The notes under the pieces: generated by a model
What the model was told of the DNA's origin: nothing
The model's database searches: none
The model's input: only the letters and a program-made list of their open reading frames with translations
NCBI RefSeq assembly: GCF_001194135.2
Contig: NC_068992.1
Location: 26,835,654 to 26,899,653 of the forward strand
Direction: 5' to 3'
DNA length: 64,000 nt
Source of the DNA: Octopus bimaculoides
Taxonomy: Eukaryota
Part shown: positions 36,485 through 48,711 of the stretch, piece by piece
Layout of the letters: each line of letters begins with the position of its first letter
Numbering within the stretch: position 1 is the stretch's first letter
Position numbers and translations under genes: made by a program

Positions 36485-36838
36485 GAAGAAGAAGAAGAAG
36501 AAGAAGAAGAAGAAGAAGAAGAAGAAGAAGAAGAAGAAGAAGAAGAAGAAGAAGAAGANNNNNNNNNNNNNNNNNNNNNNNNNNNNNNNNNNNNNNNNNN
36601 NNNNNNNNNNNNNNNNNNNNNNNNNNNNNNNNNNNNNNNNNNNNNNNNNNNNNNNNNNNNNNNNNNNNNNNNNNNNNNNNNNNNNNNNNNNNNNNNNNNN
36701 NNNNNNNNNNNNNNNNNNNNNNNNNNNNNNNNNNNNNNNNNNNNNNNNNNNNNNNNNNNNNAGAAGAAGAAGAAGAAGAAGAAGAAGAAGAAGAAGAAGA
36801 AGAAGAAGAAGAAGAAGAAGAAGAAGAAGAAGAAGAAA
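36485..36838. repeat. (GAA)n microsatellite spanning a gap
   Basis: Direct reading. Confidence 0.97.
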
Positions 36839-38899
36839 TTTGAAAGAGAAGTGAAAGAAAGAAGATGAAGAGAAGTGGAAAGAAGATGGGAAAACAGAAT
36901 ACGTGCCAGAGGCATTGTCGATGTCTTAATACAAAGAATTTAGTGAAGACAAACGCAGATTCTACTTCATATACAGTCTACAATAATTTCTTGATTGGTG
37001 TCACTTTATATAGAACATTCAGTAGACTATGTAACCAATGTCTCTATGCTATCTTGATCCGCTAAAAGTAGTAGCTATTTTTTCTCCGAAAGTAAGCACT
37101 GTTGCCTTGATAAGTGAAGGTCTCTATATCTGCGCATTCACAGCTGTTAAATTTCAACTGCAATACAACTATAACCACATTAGCATCCGTAATATTGATT
37201 AATTTTTTGGCTTATCTTGCCACAGTGGAACTTGTGTTAATTTACTCTTCCACCATCACCACCACAAATTATATCAGTAACCCATATCATATTCGTGACA
37301 CAAGGATGACAGAATTTTTTCGTATTTATGTATCTGTGCTCCAAATATGTATTTCGCTAAAATATATATTTCTTTCAGAACGGTATCATTTTTAACAGAA
37401 GCACAAAAGCTTGAAATTTGTACGATTGTATAATCATTCGGTTTGTGTATAAGCCTTCAGGAAGTGTGTAGACAGAGATGTCTAAGTATCAGATACAATA
37501 CTGTGTCATATCCATTCCTGTTTTCTGCAATCTGAGTTCAAATTCTCTCAAGTTCAACGTAATTTTAATCACGTAATGCTTCTCTCTTTCTTTCTGACAC
37601 TGTCCTTTTCTGGAGGAAATTCATTGACGAGGTCTGAGCTGTATCGGAACGCATACCACGGAATTTGAGTAAGCGAGGCATATTATTTGTGAAGTTGACA
37701 CTCCTAAGATTTCATCAAAGTTTGAAGAGTGCAACACAAACCAATTAATCCTGTGCTTGAGATTGGCGTTTTTTTTCTATCTACCAATTTAAGGGCTAAG
37801 TTTAATGGTGTATAACTAAACATTCCAAGGCTGCTACCACTCTACAGAAGAATCTGCCACATACATAGATATATACATATGTGTGTGTGCGTGCGTATCT
37901 GTGTGTGTGTATATCTATATATGTATGTATGTATATATACAAACACACACATACTGTTATATACATGCACATGCGTATAATATGCATATATAGATATACA
38001 TATGTATGTATATGCATATATAATTTCATCATGCGTATGTGAATGTGTGTATATGCGTGAGTGCGTGTGTGTGTGAATAAATATATCTGTGAATGTATGT
38101 GCATGCTGTGCAGATGTGCAATGTGAAAGTTTGAGCGCATTTCCATATGTGTAATTTGAAGGAATGCTGCATACAAATATAAGATAATGAATCTTATACA
38201 AAATTCAATATAGTCTTAAGTTAAATTGTATACTTCCTTTGTGGAAAAGCGGTTTCATTAGAAATCAAAGGATTTCCTATTATATAGCTTCCAGTGGTAG
38301 GAAATTTTATTGATCCAGATTTGTGTCTGAAGGCTACGTTTTCAACTGAAAGACGTTGCCTTAAGATAAGCCTTTGTAGTTTTAAGAAATAACATCGTAT
38401 TATTTGGCTTTATCAAAGAACAGAACGTACAGTAGTTAATAGCAGCACCCTCCCATCCAAATGAATCTGGGGTAGAGTTTTGTTGCCTGTATTCGTCATT
38501 CCTCTTAATGTATACCACTTTTTTATGACTTCGGAAATGCTATGGATCTTATCATATTGTATTATCCTATCACTAAAAATACAGACATGGATATATGATT
38601 AGTGAAACAATTTATATAACATCACTCTTTAATAAAATACTTTACAAGACAGCGTGTGGAGTATTTTTTGTTCAAGAGTGGTGAGGTATCAATATGCATA
38701 TCTTTAAACACTAACTTACAGTATCTATTAGTATTTGTATATTTATTCTGAGAAGTGAAACATCACTATTTTCAATATTCATTTCCGTGAATTTAGTCCA
38801 GCATATAATTTCCCAATAATATGCTGGACTTAATAGTATCACCATTTGGGTCATAAATCACATATGACAAACTAGAGAGAGTCTACATGTCATAACCCT

Positions 38900-39085
38900 T
38901 TCTATGATAAGTACAAACCCAGAAATTTTGGCGGTGGTGGGTAGTCGATTATATTGACCTCAGTATTCTAGTGGTACTGAGGCAAAGTCAACTGCGACAG
39001 AATTTGAACTCAGAACATAAATACAGACGAAATACCGCTAAGTATTTTGTCCGGCGTTCTGACGATACTTCCAGCTCGCTGCCGT
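38900..39085 (-). mobile_element. SINE family A with central deletion
   Basis: Head and tail present; the ataaattaa/gggg/gatgaaa core is missing (ggtact|gaggcaaag junction). Confidence 0.85.
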
Positions 39086-39989
39086 TTAACCTGTTATAAG
39101 CAGCTAATCATTTGGTAAGGCGGAGTTTGATATTTATCACACTATGTATTGGGAAACATGCGTGGTGGAAAGGACGTCCATAAATGTATACGTTCAGAGA
39201 TGGACAAGCGTAAAACAATAATTAGAACAATTAATTATTTGTTTAATCATAAGGAAAATTCATTTAACCAATTCGATCTAGTGATAGACAAACAAACGAA
39301 GCATTGACACTTCTTGTGTTCCAAACATTTTGTCTGCATAAAACTTCTAGTCATGAATGGCTAAATCTACCTAACCGTAAAACAGATGCCAATCGTGATA
39401 TATAAACAGTGGTGTCACTACGTCCATCAGATGTTAAATTAACACAAGATTATAAGACGTGGTATTTATTCATTAACTACGACGAGCCCTTCACTAAAAA
39501 GAAGCCATTTTGTTTAGGTTTTATATCGTCGTAACCATTCTTAATATTAGTGTCCCTTTTTGTACAACAATTGAGTAGTAAAGAATTTTGAAATATCCTG
39601 TTCAATTTCTAGCCACTATTTCCCACAAAAAATGCACGAACGTATTGAATATAAATCTTGAAAGGAAAGGTTCACACAGATAGCAGTGTATTCTTTATTC
39701 AAGTGATCAGGAAAAACCAGCCAATGAAATTCTCTGAGTCACATGTTCTAAATACTTATAGCTGAAAACAGTAAATACGCATAACAGAACAGAGAAAGTT
39801 CCACTGAATTAGTGAAACTAAATTGACAATGAATTGTGGTCACTTCAGCCTGTTGCAGAATTGAAGTGGCCTACTTTACTGAAGATGATAAATGCTATAA
39901 AATATTTATTCATGGAAGACAAAAATGTTAAATAACTATTCCATGTAAAGTTTAAAATGTTATGCTGAATCAAGATTTTATATATGACA

Positions 39990-40230
39990 CAAGGTCAGAT
40001 GTTTAAGAAATTTAGTTCGCAGTCACGATTTTTTGATTCGAAACCAGAGCGAGGCCGCGTGGGCAAATTTCCTTTAAAATAAACTCAAGTCAAGCAACGT
40101 GTGTGTGAAAGTGAGGTAACGAAAACTTGGTAAAAGCCCACTGGATAGATTTTGTACTTGTAATTAAATAGTTCATCCTTGCCACATTGTTTCACATAGA
40201 TTGAGCCTGATAACTAAGTTAAGGTTTTTT
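39990..40230 (+). mobile_element. Old SINE with B-like head and C-like body
   Basis: aagaa..gattcgaaacc..gtgggcaa..acgaaaact..aagccc, then gtacttgtaatt..ccttgccaca..gataactaagttaagg. Confidence 0.55.
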
Positions 40231-41322
40231 CAATTAACAGTTATTTACAGGCTAATTTAATGAACTAGTAGTTCAACTGATTAATCAATTCAGTAATCGT
40301 CACTGCAATCGAGAGAAATGCATTGTTTATTATCAGTTGATCATTCTTTACAAAAGAAATCATGCCAGCCAAGAAGGGAAACCTCTGTAGTTACTCAATC
40401 TGCGTGAAATAGAGCAAATTTCCTCACATCTTACACTCTGCCATCTTAGAAACGGGCGGAGACATTAGATACATAATATCTGAAGAAAAAATGGGACAAC
40501 CATAGCTGGAGTACATTTATATCAAAGATATGTTCAGCTAGAGCTCACCTTGGGTAAAACAACAAAAACAAGCGGGACATTACTTAAAGGAATTTAGAAA
40601 TAAATGCATACAACGAAATAATGAAAACGGTACGCCGATCCTGTTCGTCGGAAGGTTACGTCGTATCTTAATGCATATCCATAATATATTGATGCATATG
40701 CATCCACATTACACATTATTGATTTCACAGCAAATACAAACTAGCAATCTCTGGCTTCCTACATTTTTTTGAATCACCAAGACACGTTAACCTTCGAAAT
40801 AGTTGCAGGATTAGATACATATCAAAAAAACGAAACAGTAAAATTACACAAACCTATGATGTCGGATCAAAATCGAAAACCTTTTACCCAAACGCATTAG
40901 CTCAAGTATTCACACAGGAAAGAGAGAACGGAATAGCATAAAAGAGTAGAAACAAGTATATATGTAGCAGGGAAGCAAGAAATATGTTCATAACGACATA
41001 TTAGGGGTAAGGCATCATGTATAAAAGCAAACCAATTTAATGTGATTAATGATATAAAGGAATATTTATGGAAATATGTCCATATTTATAGCAACCATCA
41101 GAGGAGATTACAACCAAGACTTTTTTACGTCTCACTATTTCAAAAGAATAAATTTGTATACTTACATATACACACATGCATACATACATACATACATAGA
41201 TACATACATACATACATACATATATATATTCTCTTAGTGCAATAACAACAGAAAGCGAATCACTAATGTAAGTAACTAGCTAGCGACTAAAGAATATCGC
41301 TGAATATATTTTATTACTGTTC

Positions 41323-41324
<2 letters not shown>

Positions 41325-41366
<42 letters not shown>

Positions 41367-41388
41367 GTTATTATTATTATTTTTATGG

Positions 41389-41423
<35 letters not shown>

Positions 41424-41440
41424 GCTGCTGCTGTTGTTGT
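41325..41440. repeat. (ATT)n/(GTT)n/(GCT)n microsatellite
   Basis: Direct reading. Confidence 0.95.
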
Positions 41441-41460
41441 TTTATTATTAGTAGTATTTT

Positions 41461-41650
41461 TAAGGCAGCGAGCTGGCAGAATCGTTAGAAAGCTGGACGG
41501 AATGCTTAGCGTTCTGAGTTCAAATCTCGTCGAGGTCAACTTTGTCTTTCATCCTTTCGGGGTCGATAAGTTAAGTACCAGTTAAGCACTGTGGTCGATG
41601 GAATCGACTTACCCCCTCCCCGAAAATTTCAGGCCTCGTACCTATAATAA
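41461..41650 (+). mobile_element. SINE family A with a short deletion in the head
   Basis: taaggcagcgagctggcagaatcgttag..gagttcaaatc..tttcatcctttcggggtcgataa. Confidence 0.9.
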
Positions 41651-42055
41651 CAAACGGTTATTATTAGTATTGTTTGCGTTATTGTCGTCACCATGGCTAT
41701 GATCTAAACTAGTTCTCAATCACTTCAGATTTATAGCAAGAGAAGGAATCATCAGATTGTATCTCGGCGGGGAAAATACTTGAGAAATATATTCATCAAG
41801 TTTATAATAATTCTTACTAATGATGACTTCGAAGTTTTACTGTCAGTGGATAATTCACACATCTATTCAGTCACCATGTGTAAAAACTTTGAAGTCATTG
41901 TTATCAGCAGTAAATATTAAATATTACACACGTAGCTAGACATTTATTCTTGTATTTTTATTTTCTTAAAAACGTTTTCTTCAAAAGTATATTTACTGAA
42001 TACATTTTTTTTTTTGTTTTGTTTTCTTGTTTTTTTTAAATATTAGATTGTCTTC

Positions 42056-42490
42056 TAAGGCGGTGAGCTGGGAGAATCATTAGCACGCCGGGCAAAATGC
42101 TTAGCCGTGTTACGTCTGTCATTACGTTCAGAGTTCAAACTCCTCCGGGGTCGAACTTGCCTTCATTCCTTCCGGAATCGATAAAATAAGTACCAGTTGA
42201 GTACTGGATTCAGTATAAACGACTTAGCCCCTACCCCGAAATTGCTGGCCCTGTGCCAAAATTTGAATTCAATTTTGGATCTTCTTCTGAGACAGGGTTT
42301 TGGCAGGATCATCGGTACCCAGGGCAAAGTGCTCCGCGGCATTTTGTCCGTCTTTGTCTTCTGATTTTAAATCCGGCCGAGGTCGGCCTCGCAGTCCATC
42401 CCTTTCGGGGTAGATATAAGGATTACCAGTTGAGCACTGATGTCGATTTAACTCACTGCCACCCCGAATTTTATCGCTTGTGTCAAAACC
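42056..42490 (+). mobile_element. Two tandem family A SINE copies (42056-42265 and 42285-42490)
   Basis: Both show the family A pattern; the second is more diverged. Confidence 0.85.
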
Positions 42491-43346
42491 CCCTTCCGTG
42501 GATTGGCAGCATTAAAAACCCTTGCTATGTTTCTTTCCTTAACGTTCCGATTTCGAATCCCACCGACATGAACTTTATCTTTCGACCTTTCTTTTTTGTC
42601 CATAAAATAAAGTATTATTCAATTACTGTACGACGACAACAACGAAACTCGTCTCAACCCCCACTACTACCCCAATTAACACCATTTTAGTAAGTTTCGC
42701 ACGCTTGTGGGTACTTCACTGAAAAGTTAAATATCATTCAGTCAACAGATATCATCCTAAATATTACGGATGAAACTTTTTCTCCCTGCATACACAAGCA
42801 ATATTTTACACTCAGGCATTTCAAAGAGGAACCACCACCCACTCCGCCAATTCTACCAGGATAGTTTCTTTTATAGAACCTGAAAATTGAATATATACAA
42901 TATACGAACTCCACACATGGAAGATACATTCCCCCACCCCGGTGACTTAACTCCGCGCACAAACGTTCGAACATGGCATATGTCCAGAATATATTATAAT
43001 ATAATGCAAACAAATTCACCATCCAACATGTTACGTTTTTCTCTCAAAAGTCAAACCCAAGGGAGATAATCACTTAAAGACTGTCATCCAAGAGTAACGC
43101 CCCTTGGTGTCTTGTTTTCTTTACGAGATACTTTTGGAAATTCCTGAGATTTTTCGTGCCTTCATGCAAAATGGAGATGAGCACCATTCCTCCATGTGAT
43201 CGACTTGAAAACCTGTCAAAATATCAAAATATCCTTTTTCACATGAAACAAATGATAGCCTTTATACACAAATAATGAAATTCTATCTACCAATGCGATG
43301 TTGAGCATTCATTCTCATTGTTCGACATATACGTGTATATATATAG

Positions 43347-44340
43347 TTACAGAGTGCGAGAGGTATTTGAGGACACTTAGTTTTTAGTTCATTTACACTT
43401 TCAAATTGTTTAATATATCATTTTATTTTTCAAATAACGCTTTCAAGGCATCATGCTAACTAGTTGCTATACATGCAAACCACAGTGATATAGAAATTAG
43501 CAACTTTCTAAATATTGCAATGTCATTTGTATACAAAGTTCGGTTGGAATTGGAGGCATGTGATGGCAATATTTCACCTGCATCAAAGAGAAGGAAAAAA
43601 AAACAGTTATAACGCTCAGACACTAAAAGGACATCGGAAGTTATACATGTTCAAAACATTATCGATGAAAACCCCACTACTAAAGAAATTCGGGTATCAG
43701 AGTGGACTATCAGAACTGTGGTACATCATGACATTCGATATAAGTCCTATGTAATGAGGAAAGACACAGAACGCCGTCTCATCCGTTCAAAACGGTTACT
43801 TAAATAAGTGAAAAACCCTCATGAACAAAGCATTTCTCCAACCAAAAAATTTTTTGACCAGGATCAAAAGTCTAACTGAAGATATAACAAGTGGTTATGT
43901 GCAGATCCTTCTGAAGTACCCAGAGTGATGCACACGAATTTTCCAGCAACTGTGATGGTTTTAGGAATGTTGAGTAGAGAAGATCATGTGATGCCTCCCC
44001 ACTTTTTCCACAGGGTCTTAGAATTAATGCTGCTGGATACATTGAGGTACTGGAAGCTGTTATCAAACCCTGGATTGATAAACTATGCAATGGAAAGCCA
44101 TACGTGTTTCAAAGACTCAGCACCTTCTCACAAAGCCCTAGTCACCAAACAATGGTTGGCAGACAGTCTTTACGATTCTGTAACACCCAACATGTGGCCT
44201 CCAAACACGTCAAATTTGAAACCCAGGGACTACTACGTGTGGAGCGCTGTTGAAAGGGAGACTAGTCGTCATCCTCATAATAGCATAACTTCACTGAAGG
44301 CCGCGATAGTCCGGTGATGTCCGAAATAAATAAGGATGCA
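43347..44340 (+). pseudogene. maT/DD37D Tc1-mariner transposase relic
   Basis: VSEWTIRTVVHHDIRYKSYVMRK, VMHTNFPATVMVLG, then DSAP...RDYY with exactly 37 residues between the 2nd and 3rd catalytic Asp; frameshifted. Confidence 0.92.
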
Positions 44341-45070
44341 AAGACATCAACACCTGTTGTCAAGTGGTAGTCAAAACAAATACTGATACAAACACACACA
44401 CATACACACGCACGCAACGCATATATATGTGTATACATATATATATATATATATATATATANNNNNNNNNNNNNNNNNNNNNNNNNNNNNNNNNNNNNNN
44501 NNNNNNNNNNNNNNNNNNNNNNNNNNNNNNNNNNNNNNNNNNNNNNNNNNNNNNNNNNNNNNNNNNNNNNNNNNNNNNNNNNNNNNNNNNNNNNNNNNNN
44601 NNNNNNNNNNNNNNNNNNNNNNNNNNNNNNNNNNNNNNNNNNNNNNNNNNNNNNNNNNNNNNNNNNNNNNNNNNNNNNNNNNNNNNNNNNNNNNNNNNNN
44701 NNNNNNNNNNNNNNNNNNNNNNNNNNNNNNNNNNNNNNNNNNNNNNNNNNNNNNNNNNNNNNNNNNNNNNNNNNNNNNNNNNNNNNNNNNNNNNNNNNNN
44801 NNNNNNNNNNNNNNNNNNNNNNNNNNNNNNNNNNNNNNNNNNNNNNNNNNNNNNNNNNNNNNNNNNNNNNNNNNNNNNNNNNNNNNNNNNNNNNNNNNNN
44901 NNNNNNNNNNTATATATATACATATATATATAATGTACGCCGGGATTCTTTTAGTTTCCCCGCTACCATATCAACTTGCAAAGTCCTAGTTTATAGTAGA
45001 TGCCACGTAAGTTAATACGCTGAGAGACTGAACCCCGAAATATAGCGTTGCGAAACAAACTCCTTAACAC
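44340..45070 (-). mobile_element. SINE family B, diverged, spanning a gap at its internal microsatellite
   Basis: Part of the 3' half at 44340-44400 (cctgttgtcaagtggtag); head at 44930-45070 (gactgaacccc B-box). Confidence 0.7.
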
Positions 45071-45442
45071 ACAAAACCTTATATATACATTCATACATAT
45101 ACAAGATACATTAACAAAACAAACACCAACAAAGAAATAAAATTACAATCAAAGACATCACACCGAAAAAAATCTCTCCGCTATATCAAATACCCATAAA
45201 TAAAAACCAACCACTTATAGCTGTAATAGACATATAGACATCACGATAAAGCCTGGCTGTTTAATATTCTCGGCGTGTACGATAATATTATCGTCAAAAG
45301 AGATTTGGACGATGTATTCTTGTTTTTGCATTTTTGCAATTACGTTAAATAATGTGAATATTCTGTAGAAATATACATTTACACATAACATATGCACTTA
45401 AAAGATATACGTTTTCGCAAAAAATAGGCAAAAATATATACT

Positions 45443-45595
45443 AGAAGCAGGCATGGCCATTTGTTTAAAAAGTTCGTTTCTCAAATTCTTAGCGAAACAC
45501 TGAGTGCCACATTTGGTAAACACCTTCTACTCCAGCCGTGACTTCACAAATGTCTTGTGTGCGAAATTGTTGGACGGATAGTGTGTGGAAGCTCG

Positions 45596-45655
<60 letters not shown>
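45443..45655 (+). mobile_element. SINE family B-like head running into (TG)n and a gap
   Basis: gcaggcatggcc..aaaaagttcg..ttggacgga..ggaagctcgc(tg)n. Confidence 0.6.
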
Positions 45656-46402
45656 NNNNNNNNNNNNNNNNNNNNNNNNNNNNNNNNNNNNNNNNNNNNN
45701 NNNNNNNNNNNNNNNNNNNNNNNNNNNNNNNNNNNNNNNNNNNNNNNNNNNNNNNNNNNNNNNNNNNNNNNNNNNNNNNNNNNNNNNNNNNNNNNNNNNN
45801 NNNNNNNNNNNNNNNNNNNNNNNNNNNNNNNNNNNNNNNNNNNNNNNNNNNNNNNNNNNNNNNNNNNNNNNNNNNNNNNNNNNNNNNNNNNNNNNNNNNN
45901 NNNNNNNNNNNNNNNNNNNNNNNNNNNNNNNNNNNNNNNNNNNNNNNNNNNNNNNNNNNNNNNNNNNNNNNNNNNNNNNNNNNNNNNNNNNNNNNNNNNN
46001 NNNNNNNNNNNNNNNNNNNNNNNNNNNNNNNNNNNNNNNNNNNNNNNNNNNNNNNNNNNNNNNNNNNNNNNNNNNNNNNNNNNNNNNNNNNNNNNNNNNN
46101 NNNNNNNNNNNNNNNNNNNNNNNNNNNNNNNNNNNNNNNNNNNNNNNNNNNNNNNNNNNNNNNNNNNNNNNNNNNNNNNNNNNNNNNNNNNNNNNNNNNN
46201 NNNNNNNNNNNNNNNNNNNNNNNNNNNNNNNNNNNNNNNNNNNNNNNNNNNNNNNNNNNNNNNNNNNNNNNNNNNNNNNNNNNNNNNNNNNNNNNNNNNN
46301 NNNNNNNNNNNNATATATATATATATATATATACATATATACATATTTATATATGCTTGTACATATATGTAGCTGTATATATAAATACAATAGATGTATT
46401 AG

Positions 46403-46660
46403 GGTTCGGCAATTTCTTGCCGAACAACCATAGAGATGATCTGTTTATAGTGATCAAATGTTTGTGTAGACATAAGCTCATTCCTTCCATCAAATCGACA
46501 TTACGTGTAGAGATGCACCGTGTGTCACATGTCAGATGACGAAATGATTGCTGAGCAACGTGATATGAACTGCTCTGCTCAAGAACACAATGCAACGCCA
46601 CGTCTGGAAATCGAAACCATGAACTCGCAACCGTTAGTGGAACACTCTAACCACTAAGCC
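46403..46660 (-). mobile_element. tRNA-headed SINE family E
   Basis: Minus-strand head ggcttagtggttagagtg..ggtttcgatttcc; body matches 58545-58832 (catcaaatcgac, gtttatagtgatcaaa). Confidence 0.8.
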
Positions 46661-47799
46661 TACACACAAGCACTTACACTAATGTTTTGAGTCGTACTTT
46701 CCTGTTTGTATAAGCAAATCTATAGACAGATAGTTATACAGATATAAAACACGTTTGCACACAAACACATATATATATGTATACTTAGATACATATCTGT
46801 ATATGTATCTGCCTATATGTTCTAATGCGCTGTAACGAAGAGCATAAAATTTATACTTTCAAACGATATGGTTATAAAAACAGATACTCTTATACTCACA
46901 TATATGTGTACGCATGTGTCTGCATACATATTGATTATAAAATATCATAAATTTTATACACCCCGTTACCGCTGAAGAAGCATACAACACCCGGACATGA
47001 ACCACCCAAGAAAATGCCAATATTCTTGATGTATGAGTCTCATTTGAGAGGTTTGGTATTTTGGCCAAATTCAGATTAATATTTTATCCTTTCATTATAT
47101 ATTGAAGGAATGAAAGCAATACGGAGACGATATGGTCAACGATGGCGATTATGATATTGAAGTATTTCATTCCAATGAAAAACCGGTGGCATTTCCGCTG
47201 CAGCCGCAACTGGTTGTAATCGTGAAATTGGAGGACTATGATGAGGATGGAGAGGATAATTTGATGATGATGATGACGGTGCTAGTGGTGGTGGTAGGGA
47301 GGAAGTGGTTGCTAGTTTTTCGTATTTTGTATATGTGTATTTGTGTCGGTATTCATTTACATATGCATTTGAATATCTTTATTTTTGTGAATGATAATAT
47401 ATGCATTGATATATATATATATGTATGTGTGTGTGTGTGTGCGTGTGTGTGTGTGAGTGTGAGTGCGTGTGTACACAAACACACACACATATAAGNNNNN
47501 NNNNNNNNNNNNNNNNNNNNNNNNNNNNNNNNNNNNNNNNNNNNNNNNNNNNNNNNNNNNNNNNNNNNNNNNNNNNNNNNNNNNNNNNNNNNNNNNNNNN
47601 NNNNNNNNNNNNNNNNNNNNNNNNNNNNNNNNNNNNNNNNNNATATATGTGCGTGTGTGTGTGTGTGTGTGTGTGTATGTATACATACATGCATGCATAC
47701 ATACATACATACATGCATACATACATACATACATACATACATACATACATACATACATACATGCATATATGTGATTGCAAGATTTTCTTTTGAATGGCC

Positions 47800-48711
47800 A
47801 GCATTCGAACATGCAACAAATAGTCCTTTTTATTTCAAAATTAAGACGAAGTTCATTTTAATCTAAAATATACTCCCCTTCATTTTCTACAATGCACTAA
47901 CATCTATCTTGTAGAATTCCAAGGCACCTCTTCCAAAATTCGCTTGTCTGTGTACTATTCTGATCTCATTAACAGAATTAATATTTTTCCAGTCCAAATA
48001 ACTTTGAAGATTGCGGAGTAAATGATAATCCGATAGGGCAATGTCCGGCAAATATGGTGGGTGCAGCATCGGTTCCTATTCAAACTGTTCCAGCTTTTGG
48101 AATGTCATCCTCGCTATATCTCACCGAGCATTATCATGATGGAAGAGCACCTTTCATCTTAAAACCAAAGGTCCTTTTTCTTCTTAAGCCGCTCAAGCTG
48201 TTCACAATAGATCTCCTTTGTTATCATTTGGTTTGGGTTTAGAAGTTCAAATTGGACTAAACCTTACATATCCCACCAAAAACATAAGAACATCTTTCTT
48301 GGGTGAAGACCTACTTTAGCCTGGAGTCTCATTTCTCGTCACCTGTCACTATTTGGTCCAAATATGGCTCAATCGTGATACGTGACAGCAATTAGACTTG
48401 GAAAGCGTGTGAGGAAACCATTGACCCAATTTGCTGATTTTACCGATGGCACGGAGTGTCGATGAATGGTTGAATGACCAAAAACAAGCTTCCCTGGTAG
48501 TTCCTCAAAAGTTACGATGGGATTTTGTTCCACCAGGGTTTGCAGGACGTCCTCGTCGAGCTCTACAGATCTTCCAGGACGAGACTCGTCTTCTAGGATT
48601 TAGTTTCCAGCTCGGAATTTCTTGAACCACAGTTGACACTCTCTCACGCTAATTGTCCGATCCTCATACACGGCATTAATATTCCTCACTCTTTTCCCTT
48701 TCAAATTCACT
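47800..48711 (-). pseudogene. mariner (DD34D) transposase relic
   Basis: WFKKFRAG, LEDESRPGRS, GLHPRKMFLCFWWD, HDNAR...HPPYLPDIALSDYHL with 34 residues between the 2nd and 3rd Asp; several stops. Confidence 0.93.

Noticed and set aside
39838-39872. Small hairpin ggtcacttca...tgaagtggcc
   Set aside because: A 10-bp stem is too short for a pre-miRNA and within chance expectation.
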